A model generated the notes under the pieces. It did not search any database, had not been told where the DNA came from, and saw only the letters and a list, made by a program, of their open reading frames with translations. From positions 5,387 through 69,386 of the forward strand of contig CAUDVX010000003.1 of NCBI GenBank assembly GCA_958452935.1: DNA of 64,000 nt, written 5' to 3'. Positions 1 to 9,782 of this stretch are shown piece after piece. A program made the position numbers and the translations under genes. This stretch comes from an uncultured Collinsella sp. GTDB lineage: Bacteria; Actinomycetota; Coriobacteriia; Coriobacteriales; Coriobacteriaceae. Position 1 is the stretch's first letter, and each line of letters begins with the position of its first letter.

Positions 1-1784
1 GCAGGTTCGGAGTTCTTGGCCTCGCGGTTCGGAGCAAGGCTTGCGCGCGTTGCGGCGTCCGGTTCCCTGCCGCCAAGGCCAATGGCGTCGCCCGCGTACG
101 TCTTCGAGACCGGCAGGGAACTGCACGCGTAGGCCTGCCCGCCTTTGATGACGAGGTGCCCGGTCCGCCAATCCCATTTGGCAAGGTCCTCAGGGCGGAA
201 GAGCTTCGCCTCGTGATAGCTTACGGAAGTGCTGCTGCCTCCCCCGTTGGCCGACTTGCTGATCGAGCGCGTCTTCGTCTCCACCGTGTAACAGCCGAGC
301 TGGTCCGAGTAATGCTTGCAGGTCTTTGCGTCGTTGGCGGCCAGGAACAACGTGGTGTCGAGGTTGTTGAAGATGCCGGGCGCGTCCTCGCGGTACGTCG
401 CCTCAACCTGCGAGCGGTCCTGGCACACGAACACAAGGTGCATCCCGAGCGAGCGCACGATGCTCACAGCCTTCTGAAGCCCAGGGATCTTGGGAAGCTG
501 CGGGAATTCCTCGAGAATCCAGTACACGGGACGGTCCAGCGTCCCGCCGCAGCGCCGCTCGGCGAGGCGGCGCAAGCCGTCCATGGTCTGCGAGACGAAC
601 GCCGCCACCAGGGCGTCGTACGCGGTCGACGAGCTGTTGAACCTGATATAGAGGGCCACCTTGCCGCCGAGGAAGTCTTCGGCCGAGAAGTCGCTCCTCG
701 CGAGCATGGGGCTCACGGCGGGGTCGGCGTAGACGTTGAGCACGGCGGCGAGGTTCACGCGGAATCCGCCGTACGTCTCGGCCGGTGCGTAGGCGACGTG
801 CTCGAGCGAGAGCCTGGCCGACGAACCCGCGGGGAGATTCTCGGCTATCCGCTGCAGCCGCTCCTGATCCATCGCGGCAATGGCCGCAACGGTTGACAGG
901 TTGCGCGCGTCGTCCGGCACGTCGGGGCTCTGCGCCACGTAGGCGGCAACGCCTGAGAACAATATGCGCGCCGCCTGGGTCCATATTGCCGTGGTCTCTC
1001 GCCGTTCGAGCACGAGCGTATCGGCCAGAATGCGCACTTCGCCGGGCAGCTCGGAGGGGTGCCTGCCGTTGAGACCTTTCGCACAGTCGATTGCGGGCTG
1101 CAGCGGCAGCCACCCGTCGCTTCGCGCGGCGTCGGAGAAGTCGATGCACACGCGCATGTAGCCATGCCCCTCGGCGTAAGCCCCGGTGAGGTCGTGCAGT
1201 TCGCCCTTGGGGTCGAGGGCGATGAACGAGAAATCGGAATTCACAAGGTTGATCAAGGAGGGCGCGAGGCAGCTGGACGTCTTGCCCGCGCCGGTGCCGC
1301 CGATTACGAGCGCGTGCCTGATATCGTCGACGAGCAAGCGCTTCCCATCAGGGCCCACGCCGCCAACGACGAGCCCCGGCGAGGCCTTATCGGCATCGCA
1401 CATGCCGAACTCGCGCTTCAGGGCGATGGGGCGCGACTCCAGGCGGCTCGACCCGTACGACCTGTTCGGCGACGGCTTCTCGCCAAGCCATGCGCCGCTG
1501 TGGAAGGCGCGGTAGCTATGCGCGGCGAGCGCAACCGCTGCCGTTACCGCAACGACGGTCGCCACGGCAAGGACGCTCGCCTCGTCCGGCAACTCAGCCT
1601 TCTGCCCCGCCGCATGTGTAAACGTCTTCAGAAGCTGCGCGATTGTCGGTGAAAGGACATCGCCTGCGAGCGACGGGTAGAGAAGCCTGGTTGCGAAATA
1701 CGCGAAGGCTTCGAAGATGGTTGCGTAGAGAAGGAACTCCGCGAAAGGGCGCGGAAGCTTGTTGAAGCTTTTCTGTCTTGGCAC
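1..1784 (-). CDS. VirD4/TraG-family type IV coupling protein (3' end runs off the window)
   Basis: Manual translation from GTG at 1784 (RBS AAGGAG): N-terminal hydrophobic segments, Walker A HALVIGGTGAGKT, DPKGEL motif, Walker-B-like ILEEFPQL; lies directly downstream of the relaxase. Confidence 0.85.
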   Translation of the reverse strand, partial: MPRQKSFNKLPRPFAEFLLYATIFEAFAYFATRLLYPSLAGDVLSPTIAQLLKTFTHAAGQKAELPDEASVLAVATVVAVTAAVALAAHSYRAFHSGAWLGEKPSPNRSYGSSRLESRPIALKREFGMCDADKASPGLVVGGVGPDGKRLLVDDIRHALVIGGTGAGKTSSCLAPSLINLVNSDFSFIALDPKGELHDLTGAYAEGHGYMRVCIDFSDAARSDGWLPLQPAIDCAKGLNGRHPSELPGEVRILADTLVLERRETTAIWTQAARILFSGVAAYVAQSPDVPDDARNLSTVAAIAAMDQERLQRIAENLPAGSSARLSLEHVAYAPAETYGGFRVNLAAVLNVYADPAVSPMLARSDFSAEDFLGGKVALYIRFNSSSTAYDALVAAFVSQTMDGLRRLAERRCGGTLDRPVYWILEEFPQLPKIPGLQKAVSIVRSLGMHLVFVCQDRSQVEATYREDAPGIFNNLDTTLFLAANDAKTCKHYSDQLGCYTVETKTRSISKSANGGGSSTSVSYHEAKLFRPEDLAKWDWRTGHLVIKGGQAYACSSLPVSKTYAGDAIGLGGREPDAATRASLAPNREAKNSEP

Positions 1785-1796
1785 GACCGTTTCTCC

Positions 1797-3221
1797 TTAC
1801 AGTTTTGGGACGGGGACGCGGATTGGTATTTGCTTCTCAATCAGAGATCCGGGCGCGCGGGTGCCGATAAGGCGCTCGGCGTGCGCGATCGCCGCGCCCA
1901 GCGCGCGGGCAGCCAAGGCAAGGGTTTTCTGGCCGACCTCGTCGCCGTAGTCGCCTTTGCCGCCATCGGAAAGAGCCTGCCTTGCCAGCACCGCAGCGCC
2001 CTTTGCGTTCGCCGAAAGCGACGATTGCACGGCATCGGCCTCCCTGCCGACGCTCGGCAGCCTGCGCAGCACGTTCTTGCCAAGAGGCGTGCCGGCGCAT
2101 GCATCAGCACGCAGGGCGCTTGAGAGGCTTTTCATCTCATCGTCATCGAGGCAGCTGAAAACCTCTTCGGCAAGCTGCCAGGCGCGCTTGCGTGCGGGCG
2201 GCCCCAATTCCATCCAAGCCTCCAGCCCGACCTCAGGCTTGGCGGCGACGGCGGCGCTTTCGGCGTTCCCGACATTGGAGATGAGCGCGTTTCCAAGCCT
2301 CGTTTTCAAATCGGCCTCCGCCGCCGAGACGTAGGCCTCGAGCTCCGCCCCTTCGAGCCCTTTCAGCTCGGCGTAGCCCAGCACGGCCTTCTCGTAGCTG
2401 GCGCGCAGCTCCTGCATACGCTGATCGGCTTCGACGGATTGCCGCACTGCGGCATCCACTTCGGAGACTGCTTCCCGATGGAACTTTGCCAGCTTCGCGT
2501 ATTTCAGCGAGCCTTCGTTCGGCAGCGCCTCGACCACGGCTTTCCGCTGGGCATCGTCAAGCCCTATGCCCCTCATTCGCGCCACGAGTTCGTCTCTTGC
2601 CTGGGTACGTTGCAAGCTGAGCTCGTCTCGCTGGGGCTTCAAAACGGCGGCGCGCAGGGCGTCGTTCGCCCGGCGCATCTTCTGCTTGGGAAGCAGGCTG
2701 TTGAAATCTCCCGTTTCGTCCCATGTGAAGACGTGGCAGTGCAGGTTGTTCTCTTGGTTGACGTGGTAGGCCGCAACCCAACGGATGTTCTGTGGCTCCA
2801 TGACCCCAAGGGACTCCACATACCTCGGCCACTGGCTTCGCAGCAGTCGCTCCCAATCCTGTTTTGTCGTGAGACCGAGCCCCTCGGCGTCCTCGCGGCG
2901 CACGGTCACCACGCTGGTCACTATCGCCGATTCCGTGTTTTTGAGCTCGCGCTGGATCCCCGCACGCTCCGGCACGCCCCGGGCGTCGAACAGCGCGTGG
3001 CCCTGATTGGGCTCGGGAACGGAACCGGGTCTGTAGCTGATGTATCCGAGCTTCGCCATTCGCGCGTTCTCACGCTCGATGCGCAAGTCGTCGTCGCTTT
3101 TCATGGCGACCGCGCCGGGCCTGTTCGCGATGTAAAGAAGCCGACTTCCGCCAATCACGCCGTGGCCTGCGGAGCCCGAGAGCATGACTCGGTGATTCAC
3201 CACGATCTTCGAGCCCGGCAC
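1797..3221 (-). CDS. MobL/MobP3-family relaxase
   Basis: Motifs YIANRPGA, GYISYRPGS, SVVTVRREDA and RWVAAYH...HCHV (HUH); probable GTG start at 3221, just after the upstream stop. Confidence 0.85.
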   Translation of the reverse strand: MPGSKIVVNHRVMLSGSAGHGVIGGSRLLYIANRPGAVAMKSDDDLRIERENARMAKLGYISYRPGSVPEPNQGHALFDARGVPERAGIQRELKNTESAIVTSVVTVRREDAEGLGLTTKQDWERLLRSQWPRYVESLGVMEPQNIRWVAAYHVNQENNLHCHVFTWDETGDFNSLLPKQKMRRANDALRAAVLKPQRDELSLQRTQARDELVARMRGIGLDDAQRKAVVEALPNEGSLKYAKLAKFHREAVSEVDAAVRQSVEADQRMQELRASYEKAVLGYAELKGLEGAELEAYVSAAEADLKTRLGNALISNVGNAESAAVAAKPEVGLEAWMELGPPARKRAWQLAEEVFSCLDDDEMKSLSSALRADACAGTPLGKNVLRRLPSVGREADAVQSSLSANAKGAAVLARQALSDGGKGDYGDEVGQKTLALAARALGAAIAHAERLIGTRAPGSLIEKQIPIRVPVPKL

Positions 3222-3223
3222 GG

Positions 3224-3664
3224 CTAGCCTTCTCGCTTGACGTCGGCGTACGCGCGGCCGGCCTGCAACTCGCCGCCCCGCTTTGCATAGAAGGCCCAGA
3301 GCTCCTCCGCGGGAACGTCCTTCCAAGCGGGGATGATGGCGCGGGAGACGTCGTTGAGCATGGCCGCCACCTGCAGGCTAGCCTTCGTCCCGCGGCTGCA
3401 GACGCGTGCCACGCGCTCCTCCAGCACATCGTTGCGGCTGTCCATGTCCTCGCGCAAAATGTTGAATTCCGCTTCTATTACATCGCGCACCAGCTTGCCC
3501 ACCGGAGTTGCGAACACGCTGAGAGACTCGCAGGCCAGGCCCTTCTCCAACAGGTCGCGCACGGCGTCGCTCTCTTTCATCCCGGCCGATGCGGCGTACG
3601 AGGTTATGCGCTTGTCGAGCACCGGGTCGATGCGCAGGCTGCGAACCTTCTTCTTCGTTGCCAT
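3224..3664 (-). CDS. Ribbon-helix-helix relaxosome accessory protein
   Basis: N-terminal RHH-like VRSLRID...SDAVRDLLEKGL; immediately upstream of the relaxase; RBS AAGGAG. Confidence 0.65.
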   Translation of the reverse strand: MATKKKVRSLRIDPVLDKRITSYAASAGMKESDAVRDLLEKGLACESLSVFATPVGKLVRDVIEAEFNILREDMDSRNDVLEERVARVCSRGTKASLQVAAMLNDVSRAIIPAWKDVPAEELWAFYAKRGGELQAGRAYADVKREG

Positions 3665-3718
3665 TGATTGCTCCTTGATACGAAAAACGGGCGCGGGCCA
3701 TAGTCCGCGCCCGTATGC

Positions 3719-4126
3719 CTAGCCTTCCTGACCGTCCGTGACCCAATACTCTGCGTAACCGGCCAGATCGAAATACCCAGGCTCGGGGGCCTTGCGCCAC
3801 TCGTCGACGTTGGCGTACCCGCCCTTGCCGTCGGGAACGGGTTCTACTTTTTGCTTCAGGATCTCGCGATATTCTGGCCACGCCTTCGCGATCTCCTCAT
3901 CGATCCGGTCCAAATCGGGGTCGCGGCGAAGCTCGTTGACATCTTTGCCGACGAGGAAGTACGCGAATCGCGGCGTTCCCTCAGGCGCGTTGCGCACGCT
4001 CACCGCACAAACCGACTGGGCTTGCGTCGCCTTGTCGGGGTTGACGACGATCCATTCGCCTTCCTTGAGCTGAACCGTACGACCGTCGGCGATCACGTGA
4101 TAATCTACATGCTTGACGTTGCTCAT
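3719..4126 (-). CDS. Hypothetical protein of the mobile element
   Basis: ORF from MSNVKHVDYH with a GAAAGG RBS; followed by a GC hairpin at 3689-3712. Confidence 0.6.
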   Translation of the reverse strand: MSNVKHVDYHVIADGRTVQLKEGEWIVVNPDKATQAQSVCAVSVRNAPEGTPRFAYFLVGKDVNELRRDPDLDRIDEEIAKAWPEYREILKQKVEPVPDGKGGYANVDEWRKAPEPGYFDLAGYAEYWVTDGQEG

Positions 4127-4157
4127 GGTTTTGCCTTTCTTCCATGGTTGATTGATT

Positions 4158-4302
4158 CGATGACGGCAAGTGACGGGAATGACGGCACACACGCACCAGG
4201 CACAACCGTCACTTGCCGTTTGCCTTTAGCTGGTTTGGATACGGCGATGACGGCGCACCTCTGTGCCGGATTCCCGTCATCGCCGTCATTTGCCGTCACG
4301 GC
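4158..4302. repeat. TGACGG(C)/(G)CCGTCA direct and inverted repeat cluster; candidate replication origin or oriT
   Basis: About 9 copies in both orientations within ~145 bp, at the 3' end of the AAA_25 gene. Confidence 0.55.
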
Positions 4303-5273
4303 AGCAGCGAAAGCTCGATGCTTCGGCTGCTGCCGGTGCGGCTCCGGCCGAACGACACACCCTGCTGGCAAAGCCATTCGTTGTGCTGCGCCAACTGCTT
4401 GCCCAGCACTGCAGGGCTGACGCCGTCGATGCCGACGGCCTCGATTAGCTCGCTGGCGGTTCCGGACCAACGGCAAATCCCATTGGCCAGCCAGCCGACG
4501 ATGGCCTTCACTGCATCAGGGACACCCGCCTCATAGGCCTCGGCCTCGGTGAGCTGCTCGACGAACTCCCAACGCATGCCATCGCGGCGGAGCACGAGTT
4601 CGGCGTACTCGACGTCGCGCCCCGTGACCGAGAGCCTGCAGTCCGAGGAGCTGCGCTTCTCCTTCTGCATCACCATCATGCCGTCGACCGCGCCGCTGAT
4701 CGCAGTGGTGCCGCTTATGTCCATGAACTGGTCGCTGGCGCTTTCCGCTTTCCGCAGGTGGTGCACGATCATCACGCAGACGTCGTGGCGGTCGGCGAAC
4801 GACTTGAACTGCCGCAGGTCAGCGTAGTCGTTGGCGTAGCTATAGTCGCCGGAGTTGCCGCGCGCCACTTGGAGCGTATCCACGACAAACAGCTTTGTGC
4901 CGGGATAATCGAGCAAAAGCCCCTCCAGCTGTCCGATGAGGCCCTCTGCGAGCGTGGCCGCCTGCGGCACCAGGCGGAAATCATCCACGCTCTCGTCGGC
5001 GAGAGACCACAAGCGATGCTGCAAGCGGTACTTGGTGTCCTCCAGGCAAAGATAGATCGCACCCGCCTGCACCGTGGCCTTCTCAAGGAACGGCTGGCCC
5101 ATCGCCACGCTTTGGCAGAGCTGCAGGCAGAGGATAGACTTCCCGAACTTCGGGGGCGAGCAGAGCAGATTGGTGGAGCTCGTGGGCAGAAGCCCTTCCA
5201 CCAGCCACACGGGCGGCTTCAGCACCTCTTCCATGAGCTCTTGTGCCCCAATGGATTCCAGCTTAGGAAGCAT
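4296..5273 (-). CDS. AAA_25 family (RepA-like/SF4 helicase-type) ATPase
   Basis: WLVEGLL, Walker A SPPKFGKS, YLCLED, VVDTLQ, VHHLRK, ISGTTAISGAVD. Confidence 0.85.
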   Translation of the reverse strand: MLPKLESIGAQELMEEVLKPPVWLVEGLLPTSSTNLLCSPPKFGKSILCLQLCQSVAMGQPFLEKATVQAGAIYLCLEDTKYRLQHRLWSLADESVDDFRLVPQAATLAEGLIGQLEGLLLDYPGTKLFVVDTLQVARGNSGDYSYANDYADLRQFKSFADRHDVCVMIVHHLRKAESASDQFMDISGTTAISGAVDGMMVMQKEKRSSSDCRLSVTGRDVEYAELVLRRDGMRWEFVEQLTEAEAYEAGVPDAVKAIVGWLANGICRWSGTASELIEAVGIDGVSPAVLGKQLAQHNEWLCQQGVSFGRSRTGSSRSIELSLLP

Positions 5274-5496
5274 AGCGATCACCACCTTCCACGTTCTGTG
5301 AGACGCGGCAAACGCACCAGCGGCCGCGATAGTCACGGGCCATGGTGAAGCCCATCGCCCCGCAGAAGGCGTCGAGCTTGTCCTCCAGGCCGAACAGGTA
5401 GCTAAGGAGCTCGCCTTCGTCTGGCCAGTGATCGAAACCGTGACGGGCAAGCAGGCGCTTCTGCTCCTCCAAGCTGTGAAAGTAGCTAGTCTCCAT
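5263..5496 (-). CDS. Small hypothetical protein
   Basis: 77-aa ORF overlapping the AAA gene start within the operon. Confidence 0.5.
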   Translation of the reverse strand: METSYFHSLEEQKRLLARHGFDHWPDEGELLSYLFGLEDKLDAFCGAMGFTMARDYRGRWCVCRVSQNVEGGDRYAS

Positions 5497-5630
5497 GGTC
5501 CGCCCCCTCGATTGCGGGGCGGCGATGCGCTATCATGCGCTTCGGCGCGGGGGCCGGCGCGTCTTTTCCAGGGACGAGCGCCGGTTCCTGCTGCTGGGTT
5601 GCCTGTTCCATAGGCATCATTTCCTTTCTG

Positions 5631-6008
5631 CTAGCGCCGAACCATCGTCTTGACGGCGGCGTCTTCCTTTTCTACATCCGCGATTTCGGGCTCGACGCCC
5701 AAGGCGGCGAAGGTATTCGCCAGAATCTCGAGCGTCGCTTCGAGTTCAGGGCTCACACCCGTCCCGTCGCGGATGCGGCGCAGCTCGCGATAGGCCGCGT
5801 CCATGTGCTCGCGCAGCGCCTTCTGCAGGCGGCTGCTGGGCACGACCGTCACCTTGCGGTTGAGCAGGCGCGCGGTGATGTAGTCCTGCTTGGTCATGCC
5901 GCTCATGGCTACCTGTGCGTCGATGAGCTGCGCCTCCTCGGGCGAGACCCGGAACGCGACGGTGACGCTGCGACGGCGACCGTGCTGGTCAAGGTTCACC
6001 TCGCTCAT
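5631..6008 (-). CDS. MobC-like plasmid mobilisation RHH protein
   Basis: LDQHGRRRSVTVAFRVSPEE...SGMTKQDYI pattern; RBS GGAGGTG. Confidence 0.7.
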   Translation of the reverse strand: MSEVNLDQHGRRRSVTVAFRVSPEEAQLIDAQVAMSGMTKQDYITARLLNRKVTVVPSSRLQKALREHMDAAYRELRRIRDGTGVSPELEATLEILANTFAALGVEPEIADVEKEDAAVKTMVRR

Positions 6009-6013
6009 GTCGT

Positions 6014-7084
6014 TCACCTCCCTTCCAGGTTCTCGAGGGCCCTCGCCATATCAGCCTGAACGTTCGGGAACAGGTCGGCGTAACGATAAGTGATGTCCAC
6101 GGCCTCGTGTCCCATGCGGTCTGCAATGGCCAACGCGCTGAATCCGAGGTCGATAAGCAGCGAAACGTGGCTACGTCGGATGTCGTGGATACGGATGACC
6201 TTCACGCCCGAAGCCGCACAACCGCGGCGCATCTCGCGGTAGAGGTAGCTTTTCGTGACTTTGAACATGCGCTCATCCAGCTGTATGTCTTCAAGGGCGA
6301 TGAATTCCTTAACCTCGTCGATAACGAAATCAGGCACGGCTATCGTACGTATAGACTTCGCGGTTTTAGGATCGGTGATGACATCTTCGCCGTGAATCCG
6401 CTGATAAGAGCGGGTTATGCGCAGCATGTTCTTGCTGAAGTCGAAGTCGCTCGGCATCAGCGCCAGAAGCTCGCCTTCACGGATGCCGGTGAAGTACAGC
6501 AATTCGAACGCCGTAAAAGACAAGGGCTTGTCCATAACGGCGTCGGCGAACCTCAGGTACTCATCTTTAGTCCAAAAGTCAACGTTCAGAGGTTTCGCCT
6601 TCTTGACCTTATCGACCTTGGCGTATGGGCTCTTCACCAGACCGTAGTACTTTACGGCGTGGTTCAGAATAGCGCTAAGCTGATTCGCAACGGTACGAAT
6701 GTAGGTCTTGCTGTAAGGTTTTCTCGTGCTTGGAATCACCGCCTTGGCCAGATGATTCTGCCAGGCAATGACGTCTTGCGCTGTTATCTCATCGAGCTTC
6801 TTCTGACCGAAAAACGGCAGAATCTTGTTCTCGATGATGGCCCGCTTTGTTAGCCATGTGTTCAGCTTGACCTGCGGCTTTTTATCGGCCTCGTAGACCT
6901 CAACGAAATCCGCAAACGTCATCTGAGGTGAACCTTCGGCCTTCAGGAGGCATTCGCGCTCCCACTTCTTTGCCTCAGCCTTAGTTGCAAAGCCACGCTT
7001 ATGCTTTTTGCGACGCTCTCCGAAACAGTCACGGTACCAGCACTGAACCTCCCAAGTGCCGTTAACCGACTTCAACACCGCCAT
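6014..7084 (-). CDS. int: Tyrosine recombinase/integrase with N-terminal arm-binding domain
   Basis: KRGFATKAEA arm domain, SAM-like domain, catalytic motifs TGIREGEL, PKT, HDIR, MGH and a C-terminal Tyr. Confidence 0.92.
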   Translation of the reverse strand: MAVLKSVNGTWEVQCWYRDCFGERRKKHKRGFATKAEAKKWERECLLKAEGSPQMTFADFVEVYEADKKPQVKLNTWLTKRAIIENKILPFFGQKKLDEITAQDVIAWQNHLAKAVIPSTRKPYSKTYIRTVANQLSAILNHAVKYYGLVKSPYAKVDKVKKAKPLNVDFWTKDEYLRFADAVMDKPLSFTAFELLYFTGIREGELLALMPSDFDFSKNMLRITRSYQRIHGEDVITDPKTAKSIRTIAVPDFVIDEVKEFIALEDIQLDERMFKVTKSYLYREMRRGCAASGVKVIRIHDIRRSHVSLLIDLGFSALAIADRMGHEAVDITYRYADLFPNVQADMARALENLEGR

Positions 7085-7286
7085 CGCGCTTCGCACCGCC
7101 CTTCTCGGGCTGAGTGAAGTAAGCGGTCTCCAGATACTCCAGATTGACGCGACCGGGGATGACTCGTGCACCAGCGGCGACAAGCTCGCTGTTTAGCGAA
7201 CGAATTATTCGATAGGCAGTCGGCTTAGATACGTCTAGTTTTGCGGCAACGTAATCTGCACCGACAAGCCTGCTGGTAGCCTCCAT
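7062..7286 (-). CDS. Excisionase-like HTH protein
   Basis: VAAKLDVSKPTAYRIIRSLN HTH; overlaps the int start. Confidence 0.75.
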   Translation of the reverse strand: MEATSRLVGADYVAAKLDVSKPTAYRIIRSLNSELVAAGARVIPGRVNLEYLETAYFTQPEKGGAKRDGGVEVG

Positions 7287-7482
7287 GCTCTCTCCTTCCG
7301 CTAATACCTACAGATAAGTCAGACACTTTCAACGTCTGTTAACAGAGTAACACACTTTTGGCGTGTTTCAATAGGGTGGTACAGAATTGAACGGAAAGAC
7401 GAAAAAAGCTATTATTTCAGCTCGATACAATTTGCAGCAATCTATGTCACCTGCCGACACGCGAGCGCAGAGAGGAAACAGA

Positions 7483-8625
7483 ATGAGTTTGTGGGATTTC
7501 GCCCAAGACATGATTGGTGATTTTTCGCATTCGCTTGCTAAAAAGCGATGGCAATCGCGCCTCATCTCGGCGAAGCTTCGCGATTTAAGGTCCAGGATGC
7601 ACTTAACTCAGGCGGAAGTCGCCAAACGTGCGGGAATCAGCGAATCGGCGGTGCAGAACTATGAGCTTATGCGCTCGACGCCCAAAGATGCACATCTTGA
7701 AGCATTGGCGAAAGCGCTCGACATACGACCTGAGGCTCTTCGAATCTACGACATCGATTTCATGCCCGCGAACGCACTGATTCAGCTGGGTGATGTTTAC
7801 GGCCTCAAACCCCATTCTTCCGACAAGAGATTTGCCTACCTAACAGCCAGCAACGAGTTCATGAATTGCTTTCTGAGGAAATGGTCAACGCAATACATAA
7901 GCTATAAAAACGGCGATATCGAGGCTTTTCACTACGAGCAATGGAAAGACCAGTTCGCTCAAGACTACGACCCTGCAGACTTCCCGTTAAGATACGAACA
8001 AGTTGAATACGATTGGCTTTCTATTGAACCATGGAGCAACGTACAGTTCGCCTCAGCTCTTCGACGTCTTCGTGAGAAAAAGAGCTATACGCAGGAGGAC
8101 CTCGCAAATGTTACGGGAATAACCAAATCTGCGATCAGAAGCTACGAGCAGAAGAAGCGCCTGCCGAAAACCTCGCAGCTAACAGTGCTATCCCTTGCGC
8201 TCGATGTGACCGAAGGCGCTTTGACATTCTTCGACTTCGGCTCCCCTGTCCAAGCTGCACATGCACTGTTTCAGATTGCAAACACCTATGCGCTTATACC
8301 CGACGTGCTCGAAAGCGGAGAGGCGGTGCTTCGCACGGTGCGGCCGGGTCTCGAACAGATAATCGATCAGTGGGCCGACGAACTCGCAGCCATCAGCACC
8401 GGAACCGCCGAGCTCGATTACCAGAGCTGGAAAGACGTCTACAACCCTGAGGCCGATTATGAACATGGCGATTTCAGGAACTTGTACGCAGGTCGATCCC
8501 GTTACGAATACGTGACCATTGACAAAGGCGAAGGCAAGGACGGCAACATGATTATCGGAACCGACAGGTGCAGCCAATACGACCCTTACGACTATCAGTA
8601 TAAAAACGGTTTCCTTCGTGCATGA
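7483..8625 (+). CDS. Xre-family repressor with two tandem HTH modules
   Basis: Two HTH_3 units (LTQAEVAKRAGISESAVQNYE; YTQEDLANVTGITKSAIRSYE), each followed by a similar helical domain; divergent from xis-int. Confidence 0.8.
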   Translation: MSLWDFAQDMIGDFSHSLAKKRWQSRLISAKLRDLRSRMHLTQAEVAKRAGISESAVQNYELMRSTPKDAHLEALAKALDIRPEALRIYDIDFMPANALIQLGDVYGLKPHSSDKRFAYLTASNEFMNCFLRKWSTQYISYKNGDIEAFHYEQWKDQFAQDYDPADFPLRYEQVEYDWLSIEPWSNVQFASALRRLREKKSYTQEDLANVTGITKSAIRSYEQKKRLPKTSQLTVLSLALDVTEGALTFFDFGSPVQAAHALFQIANTYALIPDVLESGEAVLRTVRPGLEQIIDQWADELAAISTGTAELDYQSWKDVYNPEADYEHGDFRNLYAGRSRYEYVTIDKGEGKDGNMIIGTDRCSQYDPYDYQYKNGFLRA

Positions 8626-8650
8626 TTCAGCAGCCCCGCGCGAAAAGCCC

Positions 8651-8742
8651 TTGCTATCTAAGCTAAAACATGAGATATTGAAGCTGGTCTTTTCGAAAGA
8701 AAGGGCTTCCAGGAGCCGGGGGTTGTCCCCCGGCATTTTTTA
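8651..8742 (+). ncRNA. Promoter + putative short structured RNA + terminator upstream of DUF3800 gene A
   Basis: TTGCTA-17bp-GATATT; CTGG..CCAG enclosing a small hairpin; GCCGGGGG-TTGT-CCCCCGGC followed by ATTTTTT; mirrored upstream of the second DUF3800 gene. Confidence 0.55.
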
Positions 8743-8759
8743 TCTCGCAAGGAGAGCCC

Positions 8760-9431
8760 ATGCTCGAAATCAGCCTGTTCGCCGACGAGTCGGGCGAGAG
8801 CGGAACAGAATCGAAATACTACCTGCTGACGCTCGTGTTCCATGAACAGAACGCCAGTATCTCGCAGCCGATCAGCATCTACGAAAACGACTTGCGGGCG
8901 AAGGGCCTTCCTAACATCCCGCTGCACGCCTGCCCGCTCATGAACGGGCACGACGATTACGAGGGCATGGACATCCAGGACAGGAAGCGTCTACTGCAAG
9001 CGTTCTTCACCATGCTCCAGCACCTGCCCATCAAGTACCATACGTTTTCGTACAGGAAAGACGAGTTCCCCAACAGCGCCGCTCTTGGAGCGAGGATCAG
9101 GCGTGACATCGTGAACCTTATCTTCGACAACCTTAGCTACCTACAAGGATTCGACAAGGTAAAGGTCTACTACGACGACGGTCAGTATGTCGTGACCAAG
9201 GCCCTACACGACGCAGTGGAGTACGCCTTGTCAACAAACGCTGTCATGTACAAAGACGGCAGCCCCAAAGATTACCGGCTTGCCCAAGCGGCCGACCTCA
9301 TCTGCACGATCGAGCTCACTGCCTTGAAATTCGAAGCAAAAGAAGCCACCAAAACCGATGACCGGTTCTTCGGTGCGCATAGCAGTTTCAAGAAAAACTG
9401 GCTCAAGAAAATCCGCAAGAAGCTGCTGTAG
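8760..9431 (+). CDS. DUF3800 domain protein (RNase H-like fold), copy A
   Basis: N-terminal FADESG, central YYDDGQ, C-terminal LAQAADLIC. Confidence 0.8.
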   Translation: MLEISLFADESGESGTESKYYLLTLVFHEQNASISQPISIYENDLRAKGLPNIPLHACPLMNGHDDYEGMDIQDRKRLLQAFFTMLQHLPIKYHTFSYRKDEFPNSAALGARIRRDIVNLIFDNLSYLQGFDKVKVYYDDGQYVVTKALHDAVEYALSTNAVMYKDGSPKDYRLAQAADLICTIELTALKFEAKEATKTDDRFFGAHSSFKKNWLKKIRKKLL

Positions 9432-9461
9432 TCGACTCGCTCGAGGCTCCACCATCCATGC

Positions 9462-9577
9462 TGGGTACATTTTGGGTACCAGAAAAACGTGCGCAGATGA
9501 GACGAAGCCGCAATTCCTGATACAAAGAACCACGTCAGCCCGCCGATGATAGAAAAGTTCTTATTGAGTGGGAGTAG
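9462..9577 (+). mobile_element. att junction 1 (core GAGTGGGAGTAG 9566-9577; TGGGTAC arm-type direct repeat 9462-9479); right end of the ICE/IME
   Basis: ATT-GAG-TGG-GAG-TAG = IEWE*, matching the GuaA C-terminus; paired heptamers ~100 bp upstream. Confidence 0.75.
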
Positions 9578-9688
9578 GACGACAGGGTTCTGACCTGCGA
9601 TTTTGAGTGCCGCACTATGCCGCTGAGTTTCGTTTCGTACGAGAGTCATGACAAAGCCACCAGCGACGGAGATGAGTAAAAGCGATTA

Positions 9689-9730
9689 AAGAGCCTCCGT
9701 TCCCTGCGTTGGGACGGAGGCTCTTTCTTT
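9689..9730. terminator. Intrinsic (probably bidirectional) terminator downstream of msr
   Basis: AAAGAGCCTCCGT...ACGGAGGCTCTTT stem flanked by A/T tracts. Confidence 0.75.
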
Positions 9731-9782
9731 GCCGTTTTACTCCCTTGTCTCCGTTCGGGGATTATTTCTTGCTCATTTAGGG

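Noticed and set aside
6120..6200. Integrase HDIRRS (instead of HDLRHS) as an inactivating change
   Set aside because: The catalytic H-x-x-R, second His and Tyr are retained, so inactivity cannot be inferred.
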